From the NCBI RefSeq assembly GCF_009834535.1, contig NC_045697.1, positions 55,926,001 to 55,990,000 on the forward strand: a stretch of 64,000 bases of DNA, in the 5' to 3' direction. This document shows positions 24,300-37,790 of this stretch, piece by piece. Below the pieces are notes generated by a model, which was given only the letters and a program-made list of their open reading frames with translations, made no database searches and had not been told where the DNA came from. The position numbers and the translations under genes were made by a program. Position 1 is the first letter of the stretch. The number at the start of each line of letters is the position of its first letter. Source of the DNA: Camelus ferus. Taxonomy: Eukaryota.

Positions 24300-26835
24300 C
24301 AATCCATTAATCAGTAAAAATTTGTACCTCTGTTGTTTTGCCATTTGATTTCTATATGTCTAATTTTTTTCTGTATTCCTCTTTTATTGCCTATTTTTGT
24401 GTTAAATAGATATTTTCTAATGTACCATTTTAATTTCATTGTCATTTATATGTTTATATACACACAAATATATGCTTTATATAGTTACTTTCATCGTGAT
24501 TGCTCTATTACAATTAACATCTTAATTTATAGCAATCTAGAGTTTAGATTAATACCAAATTAATTTCAATAGTTTACAAAAATTTTGCCCCTATTTAGCA
24601 ACATTTCATTCCCTCTCCTTTGGGCTATTATAGTCATACAAATTACATCTTTATGTATTATATCTTTATATATTGGGTGTCTTTTATATGCCCCAAAACA
24701 TAGATTAACATTTGCTGTTTAATGCAGGTGTCTTTTACATTAGGTAGGAGAAAAATATCCATACCCGCAAGATAGCTTTACCTTGTATTTTATGTTTACC
24801 CAAGTAATTATGATTACTGGTGCTCTTTATTTGTTTTTACAAATATCCATATGAATTTATTATTGGTTTTTCTTTCATTTCATCATTTTGTCCTGAGATA
24901 TTTTCTTTAGTATTTGTTGTAGTGCAGGTTTGCTAGAGGCAAAGCTTTTTTTTTTTTTTTTTTTTCCATTTTTTATGCTGGAATGTCATCATTTCTCCTT
25001 TCATTTGAGAGGATAGTATTGATGGACATTGAAATCTTTGTTGTCAGTCTTTCCCTTTCAGCACTGAATATATTAACCCACAGCCTCATGGCCTTCATGT
25101 TTTCTGTTGAGAAATCTGTTAATCTTATTGAAGCTCCCTCATACATGAAGAGTTACTTCTTCCTTATTACTTTCAAGATTCTCTCTTTGGCGATGGTTTT
25201 TAATGGTTTGATTAAGGTACGTCTAGGTGTGAATTTCTTTGAGTGTATCCTTCTTGGATTCTGTTGAGCTGTTTAGATGTGCATATCAGTGTTTTTCATC
25301 AAATTTGTCAAATTTTTGACCATCATTTTCTCAAATATTTTTTCTGCCATTTTCTGTCATTCCTCTCCTTGAGAAATTATGCATATGTAATAGTTCTCCA
25401 TATTTTCCTGAGATACTGTTCATTTATTTTCGTTCTTTTTATGTTCTGTTTCTCAGACTGATTAATCTTAATTGATCTATTTTTGAGTTTGTATATTCTT
25501 ACTTATGCTTGTTCAGCTCTTCTGGTGAGTTCCATAATGAATTTTTCATCTCATATGTTGTAATTTTCAACTGCATAATTATACTTGTTTCTTTATATAA
25601 TTTACATCTTTATTGATACTCTGTATGTGATGAAACATTACTCTCATACCTTCCATTATTTTTTATGCATCATTTTCTTTAGTTCTTTCAACTTATTTCA
25701 AATAGCTGATTGAAATTCTTTGTCTAGTAAGTTCAACATGTTGGCTTCACCAGGACAGTTTCTATTTACTGATTTTTTTTCCCTTACTTTCCCATACTTT
25801 CTTGTTTCTTTGCATATCTTATAATATTTTTTTTTTGAAAACTGGACATGATGAATAATACAATGTATCAACTTCAACTTTGAAAACTCAGTTGTCCCCC
25901 TCTGTGGGGTTTTTTATTTTTTATTTTTTGTTTCAAGACTTTTATGAACTAATTCTATTCTTTTTCATATGTAACCACTTAAATCTCTGTTCAGTTAGTT
26001 TAGTGGTTCACTAATGATTGAATAGAGATTTCCAGAAACACCTGGAACCAATAAGTCTCCCAGTCCTCTAGGAGAGTTTCTGAGCTTAAGGCACACTTTC
26101 AACACACAGGTAGGCAGTTGAAAACAGGCCTTTTGTCTTCATTTCTTACATGTATGGAGTCTCAAGGTCAGCCAGAGGTGAGCTCAGTAAAGCTTATGAC
26201 ATGTTCACTGCCCATGTGGGTGGCTTTCTAGGTCCCCAGGAATGTATCAGAGTTTACCTCATTCTCCAGTTTTTCCTTTTAGGGTTTCTGGTTTAACAGT
26301 TGTTTGCCCCAACTATTACCCACTACCTCAGCGGCTGTGATGTTACACAATTGCCTCTATTTGTATTTGACAAACAACCTGGGGTCAAAGGCTATTCATG
26401 GATAAGCTGGATGATCTCCATGTCAGGTCAAACAAAGACACTCTTGCAAGTGGGATCTTCCAAGGAAACACCACACAAGTCAGATAATGACAGTTCTCTA
26501 CGAATAGGGCTATTGGGGAGCTCCTACTTTATTTGGCCTTCTCCAGTGACTGCAAGGCTGCTGATCTTTACTTTAATTGTGATATGTTGGTTTTCAGTGC
26601 TGTCAAGAAGCTGATGAGGAATGGGAATAGAGCAAGTTAGAGTACCATAAAACTCATGCCTTTTGCTGAGATTCAGCTGTTTTTGTTGCACTAATGCTCT
26701 TCAGATTGCTACAAGGCTTAGAATAATTTTCAGAGTTATGAAAATGTTGATTCTGATGATTTTTGCAAGTGCCCCATGCTTTTAGGGAAGAGAGAATTTT
26801 TGGAGGCTTCCACTATACCATTTTCACTGATACCC
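24300..26835 (-). mobile_element. Old L1 (L1MD-like) 5' portion: 5'UTR and ORF1
   Basis: T-rich antisense ORF1 signature (ttactttcaagattctctctttgg; tctgtttctcagactg) and L1MD-like 5' motifs (ggtcagccagaggtgagc). Confidence 0.75.
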
Positions 26836-27059
26836 TGTACATACAGAAATGTGTAGTTTTACTTTTTTATGGTAATGATTTTAAGGTGCCTATGATATCA
26901 AATGCCCCAAGATGGGTTTGACATATATTCTAGCATCTCAACCTAAAAATCGTATACTTTTCAATTTAAAACATCTCATATAAGAGCAAAAACAATTAGG
27001 ATTTATAGTTGCTAAATCCCAATGATAATGTTGTTTTTTAATAAAAAGAAGTGGTTAAA

Positions 27060-27240
27060 TATTGACTTGTTCATATGGTGAAACTCTTGAGGAATTGGAA
27101 ACAAATGAGTAACTAAATTAATGATATATACTTTGGATTTCAAAGAGGCGAAATAAATTTGGTCTTGTGTTAAGAGTGTGGAGAGTTTGTGAGATGTGGG
27201 TAGTGAAGGAAAAACTGTTATATGACTATTGACTTGTCAA
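27060..27240 (+). mobile_element. Possible CR1/L3 RT fossil
   Basis: gatatatactttggatttcaaagaggc (cf. YLDFSKAF) followed by gaaggaaaaactgttatatga (cf. GKTVRW). Confidence 0.4.
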
Positions 27241-27539
27241 GTAAGTTATTTTGTGAGCTGCAATTGATTATAAAATAAATCAACAAGATAAGCCAAAAGG
27301 CAACAAGTTTATGTATATTCGCTATTAATGAGGAGAGTAGAATGATTTCTAGGTGGAAGATAGATTGCATAAACAGCTTGCATAGATTTTTTTTGCATCA
27401 GTTTGAATAAATAATACATAATGAAAATTTTTTCTTGAGAACAGACTATGCATTAACACAATGGTGGGATTATAAAAATATGGCCCATGTGATCCAGAAA
27501 AGAAGAATACAAAAAAATGCATATGTGTGTGTTTCTGTG

Positions 27540-28056
27540 TGTATTAACAATTTATTTGTTTTCTTTTGGGGTTTTGGGGTTTTTTTTGATGCTTTGGCAT
27601 TTGGGGGCTTTCCCGACCCTGGAGGGACTGCCTCTCCTAGGGCTAGCCAGTTCCTAGAATAGTAAATAACTAACCTAGGACAGTGCCAATATGTAAACCA
27701 ATCAATCTAGAGATCATGATCTCAACTGCCTCCTTTATTGGGTTTCTGCATTCTGGATCACAGTTCCCCTGCTCTAATCATTTCAAGGTCAAGTAGGGAC
27801 AGACCCTATGTCCCCTAGCCCACTAAAATTATTCATAGTAGCCAATCCTATAGCCTACTTTTCCTGCTTCACCCAGCCGTTCCCACAGAAACCATAATAA
27901 AGGCACTTGCTCATGTTTTCCTCTCACTCCCTCTAAATCCTAATGTACTCTGCTCCTGTAAGTGAAAGCTTCTTGTTTCATGACAATCATTTTTATATCT
28001 GCGTGTCTACTGTATATATGTTTACTATTGAAACAAAACCTGAGTATCCTTAAAAC
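27540..28056 (+). mobile_element. MER39-like ERV1 solo LTR
   Basis: gaccctggagggactgcctctcctagggctagccagttcctag; tagccaatccta; aataaaggc poly-A signal near 27897. Confidence 0.8.
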
Positions 28057-28515
28057 TATATGTATATGTTGTGAATTACTTGTATAAAACTCTACAGGTC
28101 AATAAATTAAGAGATCAAAATTTCTGTTCACTTTGTGTAGTCTGAGTGCTGCTGAAATTTTCTTTGTGCATTTGATATGTTTGTCCTGTGAAAAATCATG
28201 CATATTCTTTGTAGAAAAGGGTTGTTAAATTTGACGTTTTTGATACATATTTTCATATGAGGAAGTTTAATGGAAGACAATGAGTAGCACAAGGCTTTTC
28301 CTGAATCATTCATATTTTTACATTAAAAAAGAAACTATGCCAAGTCACCTTGCTAGATGACCTCAGGGAAAAAAAGTGACTATGACAGAATTATTACCCT
28401 TGAGGATCTCAATTCTTGAGGTGAGGCATAAGTGTAAATTATCAAGTATAGCATGGTAAGTTCAAAAAATGAGATATAATATGCTAGGAGGGATCAGATC
28501 AGCTCTAACTGGGAG

Positions 28516-29479
28516 TGTTACCAAACTCAGGTCAGGGTGCTCTCTGCCTGAAGCTCAATATCCAAGTGGCAAGTGTTGGTAGAAAGGAAAAATTGCCTTT
28601 AATCAAACAGCTGGCAATCTGGTGAGAAGGCAGACTCACGTACCCCAAAACAAAACTACAAAGTTGTTTTTGAAAGTTTATAATGGGAAAAGAGGAAGTA
28701 ATCTCAGTTAATCATTGAGATAGGGGATCAAACTCATAGCCATCTATTGCATGCAGGCTTGTTGACTCTCGTCATCTTTCTTTAGATGCTATCTTGTTCA
28801 CACAGTTTGTTCACACAGTCTGTCCACGAGATTACTGAAGGAGAAGCTAAAGAAGAGATCTGATCATCTGTTAATTACTTCTTCAATTTTATTTCTTTGA
28901 TCTACAGAAAGAACTAACAAGTTAGGTAAGGTATTTTGTGATCAAAAGTCTGAAAGGTGTGCTTGGGCTGGAGGTGAGTAGAACATGGGGGCACCTGATT
29001 TAAAAGTTAGTTACAATGAAAGATCATGGTTTCCAGGGGTTTGGGGAGAGCGAGGGAGGGGATGAATGAACAGATGGAGCACAAGGGATTTTTAGGGCAA
29101 TGAAATAATTCTGTATCATACTATAGTGGTGGCTACATGTCATTATGCATTTGTCAAAACCCATAGGATGTACAACATCAAGAGTGAACCCTAGTGTAAA
29201 CTATGGACTTTGGTTGATAATAATGTGTCCGTGTTGGTTCATCGATTGTACCAAATATGCCACACTGATGAGGGTGTTGAGGGTAGGGGAGTATATATGT
29301 GTAGGTGGGGAGGGCTATGTGTGAACTCTGTATTTTCTGCTCAATTCAGCTGTGAACCTGAAACTTTTTTTAAAAAAATTAAGTATTTAAAAAAAAATTA
29401 GTTACAGTATAGCTTTGCTAAAGTGGCAAGGCAAAAGGAGTTTCCTACTGAGGGCGTTTCCTGTAAAGAGCTGCTTGCA
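28516..29479 (-). mobile_element. ERV1-class solo LTR, interrupted by an L1 tail
   Basis: TG...CA termini (tgttacc...ttgca) with a perfect 4-bp TSD ggag at 28512-28515 and 29480-29483. Confidence 0.8.
29016..29392 (+). mobile_element. L1MC-like 3' end with A tail inserted in the LTR
   Basis: gcatttgtcaaaacccataggatgtacaacatcaagagtgaaccctagtgtaaactatggactttgg; TSD aaaa(g/a)ttagttaca at 29002-29015 and 29393-29406. Confidence 0.88.
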
Positions 29480-29857
29480 GGAGGAATCAGAAGAGGTATT
29501 GAGTAAAAAGTAAAATTTGAATTCAAATTTGAAAAAAGAGTTAAACTTAGACAGGAAAATCAACATAAACAAGACATTCTAACACAGTAACGTGACCAAG
29601 AAGAAAAAGCAAGAAAATGTGAACACAGGTTAGTTGTCATACTGGGTGACAAGAACATTAGTCAATACTTTTAAAAGAGAATTAGGAAAAAGAAAGATAA
29701 TTAGGAGAAAAACATCCTTTCTGTGATTACTATTTTAAGGATGATCAAATCTCACGCTGTTAGATTATTACACTAGAAAGTTGTGCTAAGTTGATGGTGT
29801 TCCTGACTTCAATTCACCTTTCCCTGGAGTAGTTTCCTTTCTCATGTAATTCTTCAG

Positions 29858-30298
29858 TGTGTTGCAGGTTAAATTCCCTGGGATGTAGATTTTGGGGTGG
29901 AGATTAATGGCAGGAAGTGAATTAGGGAACGGCCTTGAGCTCTACACTGGTGGAATGGAATGGAAGAGAGCAGGATTGGACAGAAAAAGTTGAACTGCAG
30001 TATAGTCTCTGAGGAAGCCTTCACTGACCCTACCGGGAGAACAGAACATGGAATTACTATTCAGAACTGTTCACAGCTGAGGTGCAGGGGCCAGGTTTTA
30101 ACACTCTCATGTCAACCAGTCACTGAATAAACCTGCCCCAGGAAGAAGACATGATCTTTGGTGAGGTGGCTCTCTTCAATAAAGGTAATTCCTAAACCCA
30201 GCTGAAATTTGAAAAATGCCTTCCAGCAGCACTCATATCAACTGACGTAGCTTCTCTTTCATTCCTAAAGGGGGATCTGAGTAAAAGCATTCACTACA
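29858..30298 (-). mobile_element. LTR33/LTR16-like ERVL LTR
   Basis: ttccctgggatgtagattttggggtggagatt...gcaggattggacaga...gttgaactgc. Confidence 0.7.
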
Positions 30299-30299
30299 C

Positions 30300-30780
30300 A
30301 GTGCCCTCCCACTCAGATGGGAGGCCATGAGATATGATTTGGTTTCAGCCATGTGATGTGGATTTGGTTCAGCCATGTGATTTGCCCAGTGGATTTATGT
30401 AAATCTGAAAAGAGTATCAGTTTGAAAGCACTTGAGTGATTTAGCTTGTCCTCTTGTTCCTCCTATTCTGATTAATATGAGAACATGCCTGGGCTTGCAT
30501 GCTAAAGTTAGAGATAAAGGAGTGATTGATCCAAGTGCCTCAAGCCATCCCTGCTGAGACCATCCTATATCAACCGTCAGCCAGCTGACCACCCAGGAAT
30601 TGTGTGTGAGCCAGGCTACCTACAAGACCTTCAGCAGATGACTGCACTTTCATAAGTGAGCCCAGCTCAACCAGATGCACTATGCAGATGTGTGAGCTAA
30701 AGCAGTGTTTATCATCCTATGCCACTGAGACTTTGTGGTTGTTTACTATTCAGCATGATCATTGCATTAAACAAGTAACA
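30300..30780 (+). mobile_element. MLT1H-like MaLR LTR
   Basis: gagaacatgcctgggct; gtgagcccagc; tatgccactgagactttgtggttgtttact. Confidence 0.7.
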
Positions 30781-32393
30781 TATTAGGTAAGCATAAATTA
30801 TTGTGACAGTAGGAAACTTTCTATTTCATTACTCATTTTGATATTAAAACTGCTTTATATGACAAGTTTATGGCATGTATTCCATTTCAGAGGGAGTCTC
30901 CTTAAGAAGTACTATAACTCAATAATGGATCTGTGGATATTTGACAATGATAGATAGGGACAGAAAGCATTATACCTGTTCAGCCAGGAGGTCTGCACTG
31001 CAGCATCACAATGGCTCTATATTTCTTGATAAAAGTTTAAGAAGTTGTAATTCACAGGTAGTTTAATGTAAAGAATGAATATAGATTAAAAAACAAAAAG
31101 GTATTTTAAAAAAATGCTACATTTTGGCTTGATAAGGAAATAGCATTTTCAGTCAGTTAATTCTCAGGTTATCACTTTATATTTTACATAGAATATCCTT
31201 GGATCTTCTGAGACAATTAGGCTTAACACTTCTGGATATTTAATTGACTCAGCTATTAAGTAGAAAAAATACATTATTACAGTTTTTTAATTAAAATATC
31301 AGATTTGTTTATTCTAGATTGGGTAAAAATAGGACAGAATATTGAAAAGACTCAGAGCTTGAAAAGAAATTAGTAAGTTAGTGTCAAGGACCCTGTTTCA
31401 TGGTTTAATATGGATCATGAAAGAACAGTCAATGCCTGAGTCTATCATCCTTCCATATTTGTATAGTAAATAACTACTGATTATTCCTATAATTATAAAT
31501 CTTCTTCTTACTAAATTCTATTAGAAAAAGAATAATGTTAATTCTCTTGTCAATTTCAAATGGGGCTTTGGAAGGAGGGTGTTGGTAATCACATGGCCTT
31601 TTCACTTATGAGTCTTTTTATAGAACCTAAATTGTAAAACAATATCCTGGTTAATTCTTCAGTTTTAATGATTTTGACTATCTACATTTAAATTAGCCAA
31701 TCGACTTTTATTCAGGTACATAAATAAACTGTTAGTTAACTTTACAAGGTATCCTTTCTATCGTAAAAAGCAGGAGTTTATTTATTCAAATAGAATGGGG
31801 GTGGGAGGATCTTTGCTAGAGTCCTTCCTAGTGTTTTTTTTGTTCTGCCTAACCCATTCAACCTCACATTAGTAGAAACAATTTCTTAGAATGGCCATGT
31901 TTATGTAAGCCTGAGGAACCAATATTAATAGAAGAAAACCAAATTCTTTAACATAAAAATTTCATTTAGCCTCAATTCTTTTATGTTTAATAGAGACTAA
32001 TACTTTAAATATTTTGGGGAATCTTGGTAATAATGATGGTGGTAATGATTAAGACAGAATAATCTTTTAGCAGACTGCTTAATAAAATTGAAAATTATAC
32101 CAAATGAGAATAACCTGTTGTTACGATTTCTCAAAAACAACAAAAAAAAATGAAGATCATCGGTCACATAATAGTGTCAAAGGCACTAGTGTTTGGTTTG
32201 GTTTGGTTTGGTTTTTGTTATTTTTAGGCATTGCCTTTTGAAAGCTGAACACACTATTTTCTAAGCAATATCAGTTAAAATGTCTGAGTTTGTACTCTAC
32301 CTTTGATATTTACTGAGCTCATTTAAATTTGGTAATTTTTTTCTTTTTCTCTAAGATAAATAATAATACCTACTGCCAAAGATCATAGTCATA

Positions 32394-32581
32394 TTTTTTT
32401 TTTGAGTAAAAGTAGATTGATTTAGAAGGACATACCCTCCATAGACAAGAGTGCAGGCCATCTCACAAGGCAAGAGAAAGGCCAAGAGATGCAGTGTTGG
32501 ATGTTCAGTTTAAAGTAAGAGTAGATATACACTCCATAGACAGAATGCAGGCCATCTTGAAAGATGAGGGAGCAAGAGAGC
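32394..32581 (-). mobile_element. ERV LTR U3/R-like fragment ending in poly-A
   Basis: T10 at 32394-32403; degenerate poly-A signal (AATCAA on minus) 13 nt inside; internal direct repeat ctccatagaca..tgcaggccatct twice. Confidence 0.5.
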
Positions 32582-33349
32582 TATAGTTTTAATTAATGGC
32601 TATAAATTATCTTATGAGCTACAAAATACAATCAATACACACTTAAACACACATATATATACAGTACATATGTATATATAACTGTTGGTTATGTCTACAA
32701 TTATAGATACATATTTTTTCAATTTTAATTATTTTTTATTACTTTCAAAATAAATTTTTGAAAAATTTCAGAAGGAAATCTGAAATCTGAATAATTAATC
32801 CTTACTTGAAGGGCCTTATTTGCATTATTTTTACATTATCAGTTATCATGCAAACCATAAGTATAATAATTAACATTTGCTATAGTTCTGCCATGGGCAA
32901 TTGCTCATATATAGATACATATATATTTATTTTGATTATATATAACATTATATAACAATGCAATATTAATATATAATAATATACTTAATATATATAACCC
33001 AAGTGATATATACATATGTGTATGTATATATATGTATGCATACATACTTACATATATATATATACACACACACACACAGGACCTTATTAAAAAGTTTAGG
33101 TCTTTTTATGGAATATTTCTTTTAGAAATTCTCTAAACACAGTATCATGACTAGTCAACACCAACCTGACATGAAAGCTTCCAGATCACAATAAGAGCAG
33201 CTATTTTCTCAACTTCCTATAATATTACCAAAGTAAATGAATATATCTAATTTAATAAATTTATAATATTATTACATAATATGTTAATATAATAAATATA
33301 TAAAATATTATCAACATATTATATAATAAAGTATTCATCATTCCCCCTC

Positions 33350-34770
33350 AATTGAGAAAGGATAGTCTCTGAACTCAACAAATGTTACTGGGAAAACTAG
33401 ATATTTATATGCAAAAGAATGAAATGGACTCCTATCTTACACAACCCACAATAATTAACTCAGAATGGATTAAAGATTTAAATATAAGATCAAAACCATA
33501 AAAATCCTAAGGAGAAACATTGGGGAAAAGCTCTTTGAAATTGGTCTTGGCAATGGTTTTTGAATGTGGCATCAAAAGTGCAGGCAACAAAAACAAAAAT
33601 TGATAATTGAACTACATCAAACAAAGAAACTTCTACATAGGAAAGGAAACCACTAACAAATGAAAAGGCAACCTACGAATTGGAAAAGAATATTTGAAAA
33701 CCATATATCTGATATGAAATTAAATATTTAAAATACATAAGGAACTCATAAAACTCAATAGCAAAAAAAAATCTAATAAATAAATGGTCAAGGCCCTGAA
33801 TAGACATTTTTCCAAAGAATATATATAAACAGCTAACTGGTACATGAAGAGATACTCAGTGTCACTCATCATGAGGGGAATGTGAATCCAAACTACAATG
33901 AGATCTCACCTCACACCTATTACAATGGCTATTAACAAAAAGACAAGAGATAACAAAAGCTGTTGAAAATGTGTAGAAAAGGGAATCTTTATGCATACTT
34001 GGTGGAAATATAAATTGGTACAGCCACATGGAATATATATGTAAGTTCCTTAAAAAATTTAAACATGGAACTACCAGATGATCCAACAACCCCACTTCTG
34101 GTTATATATCTGAAGGAAACAAAGTAAGTTTCTTGAAGAGATAAGTGCACCCCCATGTTTCTTGCAGGATCATTTACAATAGCCAAGATATGGAGAGAAT
34201 CTAAAAGTCCAACTATGGATGAGTGGATAAAGAAGATGTGATGTGATATGTATAATGGAATATTATTCTGCCATTGAAAAAAGGAAGGAAATCCTGCAAC
34301 AGCATAAATGAACCTGGAGAACATTATGCTAAGTGAAATAAATCAGACACAGAAATACAAGTATTGTATGATCTCATGTACAGGTGGAATTTAAAACAAA
34401 CAAAAAAACAAAAAGTTGAACTTAGAGAAACAGAGTTGAATTTGGTTGCCAGGGGATGAGAGCTGGGAAATTGGGGAGATGTTGGTCAAAGCAGGCACAA
34501 TTAAAGTTATAGGATGTAAAAGTTCTGGGAATCTAACATGCAAAATAGTGATTATAGTTAAATATACTTTCTATCATATACTTGAAGTTGGCAAAGAGAG
34601 TAGACCTTAAGATTCTCACTGCAGGGGGAGAAAAGATAACTATGTCTGATAATAAAAATAGATGTGTTAACTAATCATTTTACAATGTATACATATATCA
34701 AGTCATCCCCTTGTACTCTTTATATACATACAGTTTTGTCAGTTATACCTCAATAACACTGGAAAAGAAT
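33350..34770 (+). mobile_element. 5'-truncated L1MA9/L1MB-like element
   Basis: ORF2 C-terminal motifs (gcacccccatgtt; tatgctaagtgaaataaatcagacacag); 3' end ttgtcagttatacctcaataa. Confidence 0.88.
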
Positions 34771-35019
34771 AAGAAAACTACTAACCCATTTGAATCTGTG
34801 CCTGTACTCTCTGTGTTTTCTCTTTTTGGTATTGATTATATTATTTTTCATCTGCTTCATCAGCTTTCTTTCTCTTATAGAAACAGAAACACAGACTCAG
34901 AAATTCTGTATTTGTTATAATCATCCTTTAACTTCATACCATCTCCAGATATTATCTCTGATCCCCTTTCATAAGAAAAGTTAATGAAAGACTTGTCCAT
35001 GTCTATTGTCTTTACTTCA

Positions 35020-35059
35020 TGTATCAATCAGTGAGGGTTCAACCAGGGAAGTAGAACCA

Positions 35060-35111
<52 letters not shown>

Positions 35112-35634
35112 ATATTACCTGCAACTCCCTTACTCAGTTCTGTAAGCTGATTAAGCTATCTCTGTAAGGCTGCTACCTCCTCCTTGTCTGTGCTGGAACT
35201 TGAAGTACACAAGGCAGGCAGTGAGAAAGGGAATGTCATGAGCAGGCTGGAACCCTCAAGCATGAGCTAGAACCCCACAAAGACGTACTGAAATCCACGT
35301 AGTTTCTTGTTGCCTCTGCCCTCATGACAAGGAAAACTTGCAGAAACTGGAGCCTTTGTCACAAAGCTAAACATGCAAAGCTCGTCAGAAAAGCTGAGGA
35401 AGAATTTCAAAAAAAGTAGAACAATTACAGGCCCAGCTGGTACTTCACACCGATGATGTGAGTTAGCAGATCCACAGTAAGTAAGTGAGCTACCAGATAG
35501 GTGCTTCTTGTCTTCTGGCTTTCAAATTTAAAAAAGAAAAATCTCTTGTTGCTCACTCTGATGGAAACACAGTACAGGAAATTCTGGGAAATATAGTTCA
35601 GCCTAGCTTGATTGACACCTTACAAAGCCATCCC
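35020..35634 (-). mobile_element. ERVL-class LTR (LTR50-like) containing (TG)22
   Basis: Ends tgtatcaatcag...agggttcaaccagggaagtagaaccagta and gaaattctgggaaatatagttcagcctagc...ttgacaccttacaaagcca. Confidence 0.7.
35063..35106. repeat. (TG)22 perfect microsatellite
   Basis: Read directly. Confidence 0.97.
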
Positions 35635-36533
35635 AATTCTCAATGCACATTCTACACTCAACTACAACACACAAATTAGTTTTCTCTACTAGCACTACTC
35701 TGAGATTGATTTCTGTTCTGATTTTCTAAGGCCTCCCAGCAGCTTTTCATATGATTGTTGAAGTAATTGATTAGAATTGAAATTTTGGAGAGGGTCTGGA
35801 GATTAGGTTTCTTTCTAATGCTGGTAAACTCCTTTTCCATGCATGGAAAGAGAAATGACTGCCCAGGAGAAATTTTTAGCTAGTGGTGCCAGAAATTATG
35901 CTTATCCAGGATAAACCAAGAAGCAATATGGGCCTTTTATTATCTTCCCAGAAATATACCAGGATGATGCATAAGTACATTCTACAAATGCAAGAGAATT
36001 AATATATCATATTTGCTTGTTGGAATTCAAATATTGGACAATCCTGAGAGCTGTCTCTAATAGACAACAAGTTGTAACTGAAGCTAGAATTATATACCTC
36101 CCTTAAGTTCGGTATAGACAAGATAAGGCTGAAATTGCTATTCAGATATTGCCAGTGTATGGCATAGTTATTTACCAAAAGTCTCTTATAAAATATTTCA
36201 AAAATGAGCTAAGAAAAATAATACACAATAAAGAGAGTAAATTGAACTTGTCCAAGGAGATCTATACAAAGAAATAATTATTATTCCACAGCATTGTCTT
36301 TTAAATTAAGAGCTAACAACTTCTGGATCAAAAGATGTTTAACTAAGAGTGTATAAAATACCTCACTCATGTTATTTCTCTTTTAAAAAAGTGTCTCTTT
36401 GCTCCACGTGCTTGTGTATTATTTGAATTTTGGAAGAATACATTATTTTTGTATAATCCAATACATAATCCAATCCATTTTAAGAGATCTTTTGTTCAGA
36501 GGGAAAAATAAGTCACAAAAAATAAACTAAATT

Positions 36534-36576
<43 letters not shown>
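36534..36576. repeat. (TA)n(CA)n compound microsatellite
   Basis: Read directly. Confidence 0.95.
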
Positions 36577-37319
36577 AATATGTACATATGTGTGTGTAAG
36601 TACTTTCAATGTGTTACAGTGCAGTCAAAAATACAGTGTATGTTTACTTATACTAACCTAGAAAAATGCTATCATATATTTGTAACTGGTGAAAGTGTAT
36701 AGCATTTTCCTATTTTCATATAAAATATATAGGTGCTTTATTGCATGCATATGTATAGTAAAATTTTAGCAGAAGAGTTTGGAAAAACTAGGAAAAATAA
36801 TTGAGGAGAAGTATAGATTTTTATAAGCATAGAGTAAGAGAAAAAGTTCACATCTTAATTTATATAATTCATAATAGAAACTTAATTTCTAATCAGTTCT
36901 AATTATAAATTAAAAACAAAGTGAACAACCCAATATCCTGATCTGTAAAAAGCCCAGGAGTTCTTTGAGAACTTGATCTGTTTTCCAGTTGGGTTAGATT
37001 TACACCAACATACCTGTGTGATTCACTGGAAGTGCATTCATTTAGGCCTCTGAATGAAAATCACCCTTTATAGAGGAATTTGGTGGGACCAAACTGCATA
37101 GTTTTGTCTTTGAATTGGTTCCAAGTGCAATATTTACCAACCTGGATACTCTTCATTTATTCCCTTTACTCCCACCATCACCACATGTGAGTGTCTATGT
37201 GGAGGAGGAAGAAAAATTACCACTATGATGTGGAATTCACTGATGAAAATCAGGAGATATGTATGACTATCCAAAGGCTACCATTCATGAATCTTTTGAG
37301 GTCATCAGTACAGTTCACA

Positions 37320-37790
37320 CCACAGCAGCTTAAAACAAGGCGTATTTGTTATCTCACAGCAGAAGACTTCAATTAATCAAGTTATTGGCCAGCCTCCATT
37401 CCTTTCTGGAGTTCAGTTTCTTCCAAGTTCACATGACTGCTGACAGAATTCAGTTTCTTTCAGCTGCAAGATTAAGGTGACTATCTTCTTGCTGTCCGGT
37501 ATAGCCACTCTCAGCTTCATAAAGGCAAGTTGTAGCTCCTATAATATGACCCTGTCATAGGTCTTTTCATATCATGACAACTTACTTTTTCAAGGCCAAG
37601 AGAAGAATCTCCCCCTCACATCCACTAAGATGGAGTCATATAAAGGGTGACATAATCATGTAAGTGACTGTCTCATCACCTTTGTCATTTTCTGTTGGTG
37701 GGAAGCAGGTCACATGTTGAGCAGCACTCAGGGGATGGAGATTATACAGGACATGACTCATTGGAGTTCACTTTACAGTGTGTCTATAAC
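37320..37790 (-). mobile_element. MLT1E/F-like MaLR LTR
   Basis: cagaattcagtttctttcagctg; cactcaggggatggagattatacagg. Confidence 0.7.

Noticed and set aside
30336..30381. Short direct repeats as a CRISPR-like array (also near 28794, 59627 and 63540)
   Set aside because: Only two copies each with no spacer series; ordinary local duplications in mammalian DNA.
30976..31016. Minus-strand exon ending CAG|gtataa
   Set aside because: The acceptor has no pyrimidine tract.
32860..33340. Extremely AT-rich segment as a special element
   Set aside because: Degenerate (TA)n low-complexity sequence with no higher-order structure.
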